DNA from: an uncultured Ruminiclostridium sp.
GTDB lineage: Bacteria; Bacillota; Clostridia; Oscillospirales; Ruminococcaceae
NCBI GenBank assembly: GCA_949878745.1
Contig: CATLBH010000007.1
Coordinates: 276-64,275, forward strand
Direction of reading: 5' to 3'
DNA length: 64,000 nt
The translations under genes were made by a program, and so were the position numbers. Positions 10,245 through 19,804 of this stretch are shown one piece after another (positions within the stretch are counted from its first letter, which is position 1; each line of letters opens with the position of its first letter). The notes under the pieces were generated by a model. The model saw only the letters and a list, made by a program, of their open reading frames with translations, did no database searches and was not told where the DNA came from.

Positions 10245-11736
10245 ACCCGTTGCCTCCCTTCAAAAGCATAGTCAGGCTGAATGTGTAGGTCATGGGGGAG
10301 TTTTCGTTTTCCGGGTCGTCGTGCGTTCCCTCATAGCCGTTATAGGATATGTTTTCAAAATATCCCTGTTCCACAAGCGCCTTTACATATTCGGAAGGCT
10401 TATTGTCCGCGTCGGCGGTGAAGGTGGCGGATACGTTGTAGCCGTCTATTCTTACGCTTTCCGTTATCATCATTCCCTCAAGCAGGGGTTCTTCGAGCTT
10501 GGCCTTTATATCGCTTATCATGGCGGGCTGAAAATCAAACAAATCTTTGGCGAGCTTTATGTTGTCGCCGTACTGGGTTATGCCAGACAGCCTGTTTATT
10601 TTTTCGTTCAGGACGGTGAGTCTCTCCTGAATTTCGGGAGCGTTTATTTCGGCCTCCACCACGTTTCTTTGAGAGATCAGGTCGTTGTTTTCGGTATTTA
10701 GCAGATAATAGGCTCCCGCCACCGCGGCCGAGGAAAGCAGGATACTGAGCACAAGAATTGCTCCGTACGCTCCGGTGGGCTTTTTCTCTTTTGCGGAGGT
10801 GGATTTCAGAAGGTCTATACGGTCATAGTCGCGCTTTGGCTTAAAATAAGCGGAAACGGCGTTGGCGTATTGGGCGAAGTCAAATTCGCAGAAGGAAACT
10901 ATGTTTCCGGGAGCGTTCAGCGCGTGGCTGGAGGTGTTAAAGGAGGACATGGCGTTGGTAAGGAGAATAAGGTCGGGAATCTGACCGTAGAAGCTTATTT
11001 CCTTTAAGGGCTTGGCGTTGGGACGGCTGTTCAGGAACTGAATCATACGGTAAACGTTGTCGTAGACCGCCTGAACCAAAGCGTCGGGGTCTCCGTTTAT
11101 CTCGTCCGCGTCAATGGACACGCGGCGGGAGAAGGAAAGCCTTCCGTCGTCGTAAAGGTTGATACTGATAAAGTCGTATTCTATCTGCACCATCATCAAA
11201 GGCATCTGGTTGATAAGCTTCTGACTGCTCTCCACCATGCGTGTGATACAGCTTGTGCTGACGTAAAGCGCTTTAAGAGAAAGACCCAGCTGTGAGAAAA
11301 GCCTTATATAGCCGTCCACAAGTCTTTGGGGAACGGCGGTGGCCAACACTCTTATCATGGGGTTTTTGTTCTCGTCCTCAAGCTCTTCCACTATATTAAA
11401 GGATATATTGTAATCGGCGTTGAGATTCATATTGCTTTGAATCATCGTCTCGACCACAAAGGAATTCTTGATGTTCTTGGGGCGGGGGAGAATAAGCTCT
11501 TTGTTGAGGATAAGGCTCGAGCCTATTTCGGCGATCATGTCCTTTTCCTTGATGTCGTTGGTGGTGAAAAAGTCCAGAAGCTCGCCCGCGAGCATGGGAA
11601 CGTCAACGATAAAGCCGTTTTCCACAAGTCCGGTGGGAAGAGTCAGGGTTTCCACCTGAATGACTCTTATTTTGCTCCCCATAAGAGAGCCGCGGACTAT
11701 CTTAATATGATGGTCGGTAAAGTCAAGTGAAAGCAT
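10228..11736 (-). CDS. pilM: PilM-PilN fusion protein
   Basis: Actin-like start LSLDFTDHHIKIV; IDLLK, TM segment and C-terminal PilN-like region ending YTFSLTMLL. Confidence 0.7.
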   Translation of the reverse strand: MLSLDFTDHHIKIVRGSLMGSKIRVIQVETLTLPTGLVENGFIVDVPMLAGELLDFFTTNDIKEKDMIAEIGSSLILNKELILPRPKNIKNSFVVETMIQSNMNLNADYNISFNIVEELEDENKNPMIRVLATAVPQRLVDGYIRLFSQLGLSLKALYVSTSCITRMVESSQKLINQMPLMMVQIEYDFISINLYDDGRLSFSRRVSIDADEINGDPDALVQAVYDNVYRMIQFLNSRPNAKPLKEISFYGQIPDLILLTNAMSSFNTSSHALNAPGNIVSFCEFDFAQYANAVSAYFKPKRDYDRIDLLKSTSAKEKKPTGAYGAILVLSILLSSAAVAGAYYLLNTENNDLISQRNVVEAEINAPEIQERLTVLNEKINRLSGITQYGDNIKLAKDLFDFQPAMISDIKAKLEEPLLEGMMITESVRIDGYNVSATFTADADNKPSEYVKALVEQGYFENISYNGYEGTHDDPENENSPMTYTFSLTMLLKGGNGYEIKQ

Positions 11737-11772
11737 ATGTATTATTCCTTTCGTTTTTTGGAGGAAACTTAA

Positions 11773-12966
11773 TTACGCTATGTTGCCCATCGCCTGATAC
11801 ATCGCGGGATATACCGCCAGAAGTATGGCGCACACGAGAACGCCCATTATAAGTATCATGACCGGCTGAAGCATGGCGGTAAGCCGATCTATGGCGGTAT
11901 CCGCCTCATCGTCGTAATAATCGGCGGTTTTTTCCAGGATATCGTCAAGGGTTCCCGATTCCTCGCCCACCAATACTACCGAAACGAATACGGGGTCGAA
12001 TATTCCCGTTCTTCCGAGAGCGGTGGAAAAGCTTTCGCCCTGTTTTACGTTTTCTATAACGGTTATGAATTCCTCGCTTATATAGCTGTTGCCCAGAACC
12101 TGCTCCGATTTCTGGATACATTCCACCATGGGCATACCGGAGGAAAAGAGGTTGCTCATCGTATGGGCAAAACGGGAGGTATAGATGGTACAGATAAGCT
12201 TTCCCACCTTGGGCATTCTTACCTTCGTTCTGTCCCACCACAGCTTGATTCCCGGCACCTTTTTAAGGAATTTTATTAAAAGCACTATCGCCACTACTAC
12301 GCCTATGTAAATATACGGATAATGCACCATACTGTCGCTTACCGAAAGAAGAAAGGCTGTAAAAGCGGGTATGTCGTCGGGATTGGTGAACATACTCGCG
12401 AAGCTGGGCATAACGAAGGCAAAAAGCGCCACCACTATAACCAACATTATTATACCCAGAATTATGGGATAGCTCATGGCGGATTTTATCTTGTTGTTGG
12501 TTTTGTTTTCTTTATCGTAATGGGCGGAAAGGCGCTTCATTATATGGTCGAGATTACCGCTGCTCTCCCCCGCCGCCACCATGCTGACGAAAAGGTTGGG
12601 AAAGGCGTTGCCTTGTGACACAAGCGCTTCCGAAAAGGACTTTCCTCTTTGTACGTCGTCGTACAGCTCTATCAGAAGCGCCTTTTTCTTCTTGTCCTCC
12701 TGTTGATTTATAAGGATGGACAAGGCTTTTATAAGGCTTATGCCCGAGGTGAGCATTGTGCTTATCTGGCGGGAAAAGAAGGCGAGATCCTTGGTCTTGA
12801 ATTTCACCTTCGCGTCCTGTACCTTTTCAGCTTCCTCGGTAAACGACGAACAGAACAGCCCCTTGTCCCTGAGCTTTTTCACCAACGCGGCCTTGTCCTC
12901 GGCGGTTTCCTTTCCGCGAACGGTTCTTCCGCTTAAGTCGGTGGCGATATACCTGAAAACAGCCAC
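11773..12966 (-). CDS. pilC: Type IV pilus platform protein PilC (T2SS F family); probable GTG start at 12966 (ORF track starts at 12999)
   Basis: LAFFSRQISTMLTSGI, AAGESSGNLD, VGEESGTLD, two T2SSF repeats. Confidence 0.93.
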   Translation of the reverse strand: MAVFRYIATDLSGRTVRGKETAEDKAALVKKLRDKGLFCSSFTEEAEKVQDAKVKFKTKDLAFFSRQISTMLTSGISLIKALSILINQQEDKKKKALLIELYDDVQRGKSFSEALVSQGNAFPNLFVSMVAAGESSGNLDHIMKRLSAHYDKENKTNNKIKSAMSYPIILGIIMLVIVVALFAFVMPSFASMFTNPDDIPAFTAFLLSVSDSMVHYPYIYIGVVVAIVLLIKFLKKVPGIKLWWDRTKVRMPKVGKLICTIYTSRFAHTMSNLFSSGMPMVECIQKSEQVLGNSYISEEFITVIENVKQGESFSTALGRTGIFDPVFVSVVLVGEESGTLDDILEKTADYYDDEADTAIDRLTAMLQPVMILIMGVLVCAILLAVYPAMYQAMGNIA

Positions 12967-13190
12967 TTTTTTGTTCCTGCCTTTCCGTATGATCTGCATA
13001 ACAATTTATGTTAATTATAACATAAAAACATAAATTGTACAATAAAAAACGAAAATTTTTTCACTTGACTTTCTTTTTTTGTTGAAGTTAACAAAAAAAC
13101 GGGTTCATAAATTACACAAAAGGCAAAATCTCAAACCCGCTAATTTGTCATTTTAAAAAATATTTGTAACCGAAAAATCGGAACTTGTTC

Positions 13191-14507
13191 TTATTCGGAA
13201 AGCATAAACATATCGTAAATTACCCTTATCGCTTTTTCAAAATCTTTTTCGTCGATGCCCACGATTATATTAAGCTCACTGGAGCCCTGATCTATCATCT
13301 TGATGTTTATATCGGCGTGGGAAAGAGCGGCAAAGATACGGGTGGCGGTTCCTTTTTTCTCGCGCATATTTCTCCCCACCACCGCCACCAGCGCCATATT
13401 GTTTATTACCTCTATATGGTTGGCGTGGGTTATCTGTGAAATATAGCGGACGGTGTCGGGGTGGCTGTGAAGCTCTTCCGTGCTCACAACTATACTCATG
13501 GTGTCGATTCCGGTGGGGATATGCTCAAATCCAAGACCTTCATTGTCGAGAACCGTAAGAATACGCCTTAAAAAGCCAACTTCGGAATTCATCTCGTCCT
13601 TTTCTATGGAGATAACGCTGAAATGCTTTTTGCCCGCTATGCCAGTTATTATCTTGTGCTCGGTGCCCTCGGGGGCTTCGGGGACAATCATTGTACCCGG
13701 CGCGTCGGGGAGGTTGGTATTTCTTATATTTATGGGTATTCCCGCGGCGCGTACGGGGAAAATGGCGTCCTGATGCATTACCGACGCACCCATATAGGAC
13801 AGCTCGCGAAGCTCCTTATAGGTGATATAGTCTATTATCTCGGGATTTTCCACCACATGGGGATCCGCCGCGAGAAAACCGCTCACGTCGGTCCAGTTTT
13901 CGTATATTTCCGCGTTTATGGCTTTTGCCACCACCGAACCGGTAAAGTCGCTGCCCCCTCTGGAAAAGGTCTGAATGGTGCCGTCGGGCTTTGCGCCGTA
14001 AAATCCCGGAATAACCGCTTCGGAATAACCGCCCAGCACCGAGGACAGACAAGCGTCGGTGAGATCGGGGTCAAATTCACCGCCGGCGGTAAAAAATACG
14101 CATTTCGCCGCGTCAACAAACTGGAAACCCAGATAGTTAGCTAAGATTATACCGTTAAGGTATTCGCCGCGGCTGGCGGCGTAATCCCTTCCCACACGCT
14201 TTCTGAAATTTTCGGTAATTTTTTCGTATTCGTCGTCAAGGCTTATGGTAAGACCCAGATCGCTTATTATCCCGTCAAAGCGGTTGGCGATGGGGAGAAA
14301 CTCCGCCGTGGCGTTTCTTCCCAACCCCACCGAGTCATAGCAGGAATAAAGCATATCCGTAACCTTTATATCCTCGGGGGAGCGTTTTCCCGGAGCGGAG
14401 GGAACAACGTAGCGCCTTTTGCGGTCGCTTCGTATGATCTGAGCCACTTTTCTGAATTGATTTGCGTCGGCAAGGGAGCTGCCGCCGAATTTTACTACTT
14501 TTGCCAT
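13191..14507 (-). CDS. lysC: Aspartate kinase with ACT domains
   Basis: VVKFGGSSLA, TFSRGGSDFTG, ENWTDVSG, DQGSSELNI. Confidence 0.92.
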   Translation of the reverse strand: MAKVVKFGGSSLADANQFRKVAQIIRSDRKRRYVVPSAPGKRSPEDIKVTDMLYSCYDSVGLGRNATAEFLPIANRFDGIISDLGLTISLDDEYEKITENFRKRVGRDYAASRGEYLNGIILANYLGFQFVDAAKCVFFTAGGEFDPDLTDACLSSVLGGYSEAVIPGFYGAKPDGTIQTFSRGGSDFTGSVVAKAINAEIYENWTDVSGFLAADPHVVENPEIIDYITYKELRELSYMGASVMHQDAIFPVRAAGIPINIRNTNLPDAPGTMIVPEAPEGTEHKIITGIAGKKHFSVISIEKDEMNSEVGFLRRILTVLDNEGLGFEHIPTGIDTMSIVVSTEELHSHPDTVRYISQITHANHIEVINNMALVAVVGRNMREKKGTATRIFAALSHADINIKMIDQGSSELNIIVGIDEKDFEKAIRVIYDMFMLSE

Positions 14508-14863
14508 ATTGTCTGCCTTTCTTTGGTTGAGATTTTATGTTTATTATATTATTTGCATATGGGCGGGTTTTTGATATTATATAAATGGTATCCGATTGGC
14601 TTTATCAGTAAACCGATTTTGAAAAAACATTTCTTTCGGATTTTACAATTTCAGTCTATTATAACATATTTTTTTAAAAAATGCAAATTATATTCTAATG
14701 TATAACGGGGATAAAAAACCGACATATCCACTAATAGACTCACAATCCGTGAAAACAGCCTTTGTAAATGATAATGGAGGATATGAGGGAGGAAAATGAA
14801 AATATGTTTGCCGATTTCCATGTGGACAGGATTTTATAGCAACCCAAGAAAATACCGCAATAC

Positions 14864-15021
14864 ATATCGGCAATTCAAATCGCGCATAGCTGCATTGTCC
14901 TACTCGCCGAGCCTTATACTAATCTTTGGTCAGATTATAGACAAAAAAATGTTGACCAAAGATAAGTATTAGACCGCTTTCGTCGCCCGTCTTGCTATGC
15001 GCGATTTGTTTTTGCCGATAT
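14864..15021. repeat. Nested inverted-repeat (REP/MITE-like) element
   Basis: Outer IR caaatcgcgcatagc 14876-14890 / gctatgcgcgatttg 14994-15008, extended by atatcggcaa / ttgccgatat; encloses the 56-bp hairpin at 14915-14970. Confidence 0.75.
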
Positions 15022-15213
15022 ATGTCGCGTTATTTCTTGAACTGATATAGTATTGTGTTAAAACAAAAAGGCGTAAGGGATACAAATAAAATAGCATAAA
15101 GGACATCGGCTTTTTACATAACAGGGATTTTTTAAAAATCGAAAAAACGTATATTCCTCCGAATCATAAGCGGATTTTCCGCGTAAGATATTGACCTGTT
15201 AAGCGCCCAAAAA

Positions 15214-15705
15214 TTATATCCGATTCAGAAATTCCTTCGCTTCCTCCCGGCTTTTAAAAATATAAATATCTTTATCTGAATATTTTTTCAACAAGTCCAT
15301 TACCTTGGGTCTGCTTTGAAAATTATAGTTTTTGATAAACTCAATAAATTCCGCGTCCTCCTCGTCCTCGTTTTCTATCCACGGCATATCGCTTCGGGCT
15401 TTGCCTTTTCTTGCCCTAATACCCCTTAGACAAACTTCAAGGGGATAATCCAAAAAAATAACCGTATCGCACGCCCGCAGCCTTAACTCCATTGTTGAAC
15501 CGTAATTACCGTCAATTATCCACTCGTCCTTTCGAAGCGTTTCTGACAGACGTTCGCGAAAAACGGTTTTCTCTACGGTTGTTCTGTCCGGGTTCCAATA
15601 CATCAAATCCAAATGGAAAAGCGGAATGCCTGTCCTTTTATGCAGTCTTCCGGAAAAAGTGCTTTTACCGCTTCCGGGGCAGCCGATTACTATAATTTTT
15701 TTCAT
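15214..15705 (-). CDS. P-loop kinase, adenylate-kinase-like / DNA topology modulation (FlaR-like) family
   Basis: IIVIGCPGSGKST, LFHLDLMYW, WIIDGNY. Confidence 0.8.
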   Translation of the reverse strand: MKKIIVIGCPGSGKSTFSGRLHKRTGIPLFHLDLMYWNPDRTTVEKTVFRERLSETLRKDEWIIDGNYGSTMELRLRACDTVIFLDYPLEVCLRGIRARKGKARSDMPWIENEDEEDAEFIEFIKNYNFQSRPKVMDLLKKYSDKDIYIFKSREEAKEFLNRI

Positions 15706-15893
15706 ATATTTTTTCCTTAATCCCGATCGGTTTATTTTTTTTTTTTTGTGGGCAATGCCGAAAAAAGGCGGCGGAAAAGCCTGTTTTTATCCATCGGCCG
15801 TTTGTCGGAACCCCTTTACCCCTTTTCGTTAAAAATGCCGAATAAAAATCCCGGTAATTCAAAAATACCCCAAAAATCGCCTCAAAAACAAAA

Positions 15894-15921
15894 GGTTACA
15901 AAACGGTAACAAAACTGTTAC
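15894..15921 (+). promoter_or_regulatory. Three 11-bp-spaced hexamers resembling a WalR/OmpR-family box
   Basis: GGTTAC-AAAAC-GGTAAC-AAAAC-TGTTAC, about 45 bp upstream of the -35 of the G5/3D gene. Confidence 0.5.
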
Positions 15922-15966
15922 AGAAAAAAATTGTTTATTTTGCACAATTTAGCCAATGGCTTTTAT

Positions 15967-15995
15967 TTGACATTTGCCAAAAAATAGAGTATACT
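15967..15995 (+). promoter_or_regulatory. sigmaA promoter of the G5/3D gene
   Basis: TTGACA-17 nt-TATACT. Confidence 0.75.
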
Positions 15996-16028
15996 ATCTC
16001 TTGTGAAAAGAAACTTACAGGAGGATTT

Positions 16029-17303
16029 ATGAAATCTTTATTTCAAACAAAAGTCCTGAAGCTTATTTTAAAAGTTCAGAAAAAGCAGAATATACTTAAA
16101 AATCACGCTGCGGTGAGCCTGCTTCTGGGTTTTGCTTCGGTCAGCGTAATGATTCTTATGACAGGCGCTCTGTATTTCAGGAACGAAGCGCGTATTTACG
16201 ACGGAGGCGAAGTGTTCCGCACTTTTACCATGTATGATACGCTTGAGGAAATTTTAGAGGAGCAAAATATTGAAATAGGCGAATTTGATCGCGTTGATTT
16301 TGGCGGCATAAAGGACGGGGAAGCGGACATTGTTATACACCGCTCGCTTAACATACCCGTGGAAGCGGATAACGATACGATTTTGGTGGAATGCGCCTAT
16401 GACGAATCCGTTAAGGACGTTATAAGCCGCTCGGGGCTCAGAATCAATGATCAGGACGTTATCGAACCCTCTCCCGACACCTCCTGCGCCCGTCTTTCGG
16501 ACGCGGTGAAGGTTCACAGAGGATACCCCGTTTTTATAGCCGTGGACGGAACGGTCATAGAGACCTCCGCATATCGTCAGACGGCGGGTCAGATTCTTGA
16601 AAGAGCGGGAATAAAGCTTGAAGAGGACGATTATATCGACTGTGACAAAAACAAGGTAATGGAAGAAAACGAAACCGTTACCGTTACAAGAGTAAGATAT
16701 CAGGACATTGAAACCTATGAGGTGATACCCTACGGTACCGTCACCGAAAAGAGCAATCTTGTTTCTATGTACACCAGCGAAATCACCCAAAAAGGCGTGA
16801 ACGGAACGCGTACCAATATCAGCAGAGTTAAATTTGTGGACGGCGTGAGAGTAAGCGAAACCGCCGTAAGCTCCGAGGTAACAAAAGAGCCGATTAACGA
16901 GATAGTAAGCACGGGAACGGCTTTGAGAACGCCTTACAGCAAAAAAGACGCCTCTTCTCTTATACTTGAGAACGGCTTACCCGTAAATTACGATTCCGTA
17001 CTTACCGGAAAATCCTGCGCCTACACTGCCCCCATCGGCAGCGGCACGGCAAGCGGCCGAAAGCTCGAAATAGGCACCGTAGCGGTTGACCCCTCCATTA
17101 TCCCCTACGGCTCCGAGCTTTATATAGTAAGCACCGACGGCAGCTATGTCTACGGCTACGCAATTGCCGCGGACACGGGCGACCTTACCCCCAACGGAGT
17201 TCTTGTTGACCTTTATATGGGAAACAGCGAGGATTATTATCCCGTTTCCGTAGAATACGGAGCGAAACAGGTTAATATCTACGTACTCAGCAGGGGCAAC
17301 TGA
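16029..17303 (+). CDS. YabE-like cell-wall protein (DUF348 repeats, G5, 3D domain)
   Basis: N-terminal TM, G5-like QKGVNG..., 3D motifs TVAVDPSIIPYGSEL, AIAADTG, VDLY. Confidence 0.88.
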   Translation: MKSLFQTKVLKLILKVQKKQNILKNHAAVSLLLGFASVSVMILMTGALYFRNEARIYDGGEVFRTFTMYDTLEEILEEQNIEIGEFDRVDFGGIKDGEADIVIHRSLNIPVEADNDTILVECAYDESVKDVISRSGLRINDQDVIEPSPDTSCARLSDAVKVHRGYPVFIAVDGTVIETSAYRQTAGQILERAGIKLEEDDYIDCDKNKVMEENETVTVTRVRYQDIETYEVIPYGTVTEKSNLVSMYTSEITQKGVNGTRTNISRVKFVDGVRVSETAVSSEVTKEPINEIVSTGTALRTPYSKKDASSLILENGLPVNYDSVLTGKSCAYTAPIGSGTASGRKLEIGTVAVDPSIIPYGSELYIVSTDGSYVYGYAIAADTGDLTPNGVLVDLYMGNSEDYYPVSVEYGAKQVNIYVLSRGN

Positions 17304-17307
17304 GGTT

Positions 17308-17363
17308 AATACTAATCTCTGGTCAGATTATAGACAAAAAAATGTTGACCAAAGATTAGTATA
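17308..17363. repeat. Second copy of the 56-bp hairpin element, between convergent genes
   Basis: aatactaatctctggtcagattatagacaaaaaaatgttgaccaaagattagtata; near-identical to 14915-14970. Confidence 0.85.
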
Positions 17364-17415
17364 AGACAGATTTGTAAAAAATACCTTGACGTAATATCGT
17401 TAAGGTATTTTTTTA

Positions 17416-17751
17416 TTATTTCTTTTCCCAAAACTTGATTTTATCCCAAAATATCGCTAAATCGTCTTTGCCGATCAGAAAATTTAACGCCAAAAAAATT
17501 GCCAAGTGCATAATTATAAACAAGGGGAAGCTTAACATAAATTTTTTCTTCCTGGTTTTATGACGGATAAGAAGCATGGTTATGTACATGGCAAGTGCTC
17601 CCCCAAAAAAACCGAATAAAATCAGCGTTTTTTCGGGAACCCGATGACGGGGAGCGGCTTTGGCGGCTATTTTGTCGTAAACCGTTATTATCAAGCCGAT
17701 AACGCTTATAATAAGAAAATATATAAGCTGTATTTTTATTCCTTGGGGCAT
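17416..17751 (-). CDS. DUF1294 family membrane protein
   Basis: YDKIAAK..HRVPEKTL..GGALAM..RHKTRKKKF. Confidence 0.85.
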   Translation of the reverse strand: MPQGIKIQLIYFLIISVIGLIITVYDKIAAKAAPRHRVPEKTLILFGFFGGALAMYITMLLIRHKTRKKKFMLSFPLFIIMHLAIFLALNFLIGKDDLAIFWDKIKFWEKK

Positions 17752-17784
17752 TGGTGTTTCTCCTGTTTACCTTTTGGAGGCCAA

Positions 17785-18036
17785 TCAAAATCGGGATCTG
17801 TTTTTTCTTGTAATCAAAAATATTCCAGACGCGGACATAATAATTCCCGCGATCATTCCTGCAATCGCCGAAGCTTCCCCGATTTTACCGGCAAAGGACA
17901 CCGAGGTGGGTCCGTCGGGTCCTCCGATAACGGCTACCGATACTTGGGAAATCAGGCTTAAAGCCGCCGTTATGATTCCCGTTGCCGTGAGAACGATTCC
18001 TACAACCTTTTTCATATTTTTTAAAGTTCCTTTCAA
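17785..18036 (-). CDS. Small membrane protein with an OadB-like IGGPDGPT motif
   Basis: VAVIGGPDGPTSV between two TM helices; only 83 aa, not a full decarboxylase beta subunit. Confidence 0.6.
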   Translation of the reverse strand: MKGTLKNMKKVVGIVLTATGIITAALSLISQVSVAVIGGPDGPTSVSFAGKIGEASAIAGMIAGIIMSASGIFLITRKNRSRF

Positions 18037-18041
18037 AATTA

Positions 18042-18983
18042 TTACCTCACCATTCCGTTGAGAAAATCAAAGGCCCACATCACAAGCGGAAGCGTACCCG
18101 CCGAAAGCACCGTGGAAACGGCAAATATTTCCCCCGCATATAGGCTGTCCTTGTTAAAGCTTATGGCGAACATGGTGCAGATAGTGGCCACTGGACAGGC
18201 CGCGGCGGCGACTGTCACTCCCATTACCGTTTCGTCAAAGGGGAACGGCAGAAACAGGAGTATTGTCAGCAAAGGGATAACCAAAAGCCTCAGCGCGCTT
18301 ATATAATAAACCTTAAGCTTTTTCAGCGCGCTCAGAAGGTCGGTTTGGGCAATGGTAACCCCCGCCACCAGCATACCCAAGGGAGTAGTCATAGAACCGG
18401 CGTAATCCAAGGTTTGTTTTATCACGTCGGGGAGGGTTATTTGAAGGAAAAACAGAAGAGCGCCCACCGCTATTCCTATTAAAGCGGGGCTTGTTAGAGC
18501 CTTGAGGGTTTGTTTGATACCCGCGCCGCCTTTTATCATTACAAGGCCGTGCGTCCACACCGCTATGTTGAAAAGGGCGTAAAAGGCGGTGAGATAAAAT
18601 ACCCCCTCTTCGCCGTAAAGGCCGTTTATAAGGGGAATACCCATAAAGGCGCAGTTGCTGTATATGGCGGAAAAGCGTTCTATAGCCAGCTTTCCGCTTC
18701 CGTCGTCAACGTATTTTTTCCCTTTGGGAAGGCAGATATAGCCCAGTACCGCCGCGAAAACAATCGCTGCCATACCCAGCAAGGCGGCGTATCCCAATCT
18801 TTGAAGCCGCTCTTCGTTCAGCTCTTGCTGAAACGAAGCCACAAGCAGAGCGGGGGTGGCTACCTTAAGGGCAATATCGGAAATTCCCTTGTTTGTTTCA
18901 TTGCTTATGATTTTTGTTTTCTGACAGACTATGCCCACTCCTATGAGCAGAGCCATTATAACAATCCGCGAAATAATTTCCAT
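18042..18983 (-). CDS. AEC (auxin efflux carrier) family transporter
   Basis: YSNCAFMGIPLI, TPLGMLVAG, ACPVATICTMFA; multi-TM. Confidence 0.88.
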   Translation of the reverse strand: MEIISRIVIMALLIGVGIVCQKTKIISNETNKGISDIALKVATPALLVASFQQELNEERLQRLGYAALLGMAAIVFAAVLGYICLPKGKKYVDDGSGKLAIERFSAIYSNCAFMGIPLINGLYGEEGVFYLTAFYALFNIAVWTHGLVMIKGGAGIKQTLKALTSPALIGIAVGALLFFLQITLPDVIKQTLDYAGSMTTPLGMLVAGVTIAQTDLLSALKKLKVYYISALRLLVIPLLTILLFLPFPFDETVMGVTVAAAACPVATICTMFAISFNKDSLYAGEIFAVSTVLSAGTLPLVMWAFDFLNGMVR

Positions 18984-19756
18984 CAGTCGTAATCTACCAC
19001 ATCAAGCCAGCTGAGCATTACCGCTTTTTCACTTTCCGAAATATTTTTCTCCCCCAGTCCGCAGGCGGCTATAAGAGGCAGCCACTCGTAAACGTACTGT
19101 CTGTCGCAGCCGGACTTCTGACAGAAAAGGGTTATGTAGCGCTCCGCAAGCTCGGTGGATATGAGCGTAAGCTTAAGATAGGTCTTAGCCACATCCGCCC
19201 CCGCGTTCCCTCTGGAGGAAGCGACCCAGTCCAATACCACCACCTTGTCCATTCCGTCGATCACCACGTTTTCGGGGCCGAAATTTCCGTGACAAAGCTT
19301 GCTGTGCTTGGGCATGGACGCCAGCCTGGTCTCCAGCTCATATCTTTTTATGTCGTCGATAAAGGGAAGTCTTTTTATTTCGCGGCTGATCTTATGTTTA
19401 AGCTTAATAATATCCCCAACTACGCGGGAATTTATATTAAGCTGGGTGTCCAGCATAATATTTAAGTAATAATCCTTTTTGGCGGGGTTTTCTTCCATAA
19501 GCTCCTGAACCGTCTGTCCCTCTATGTATTCGGAAAGTATTGCCAGTCGGTCGTCTATCCGCTCCACGCCGTAAATTTGCGGAACTCTTATTCCCTGTTC
19601 CTCCGCTTTTGTCTGGAGCATCGCTTCATAAAAAATCTGAGTGCGGGAGAACGATTTGTCAAAAAGCTTATAGGCTACTCCGTCCAGTTCTATGACCTCT
19701 ATTTTGGAGGTATGGGCAATGGTTTCGCCGTTCTTGCGTAAATCCTGATATTTCAT
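18983..19756 (-). CDS. APH-family phosphotransferase; probable start MKYQ at 19756
   Basis: LCHGNFGPENV (HGD is HGN here), LDW, DVAKT. Confidence 0.75.
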   Translation of the reverse strand: MKYQDLRKNGETIAHTSKIEVIELDGVAYKLFDKSFSRTQIFYEAMLQTKAEEQGIRVPQIYGVERIDDRLAILSEYIEGQTVQELMEENPAKKDYYLNIMLDTQLNINSRVVGDIIKLKHKISREIKRLPFIDDIKRYELETRLASMPKHSKLCHGNFGPENVVIDGMDKVVVLDWVASSRGNAGADVAKTYLKLTLISTELAERYITLFCQKSGCDRQYVYEWLPLIAACGLGEKNISESEKAVMLSWLDVVDYD

Positions 19757-19804
19757 ATTAGCTCCTTTCCTAAAGAACAATATTGTTGATTGTTTATCAA
19801 ATTA

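Noticed and set aside
14508-14790. Lysine riboswitch upstream of lysC
   Set aside because: I could not identify the conserved L-box elements in this AT-rich region.
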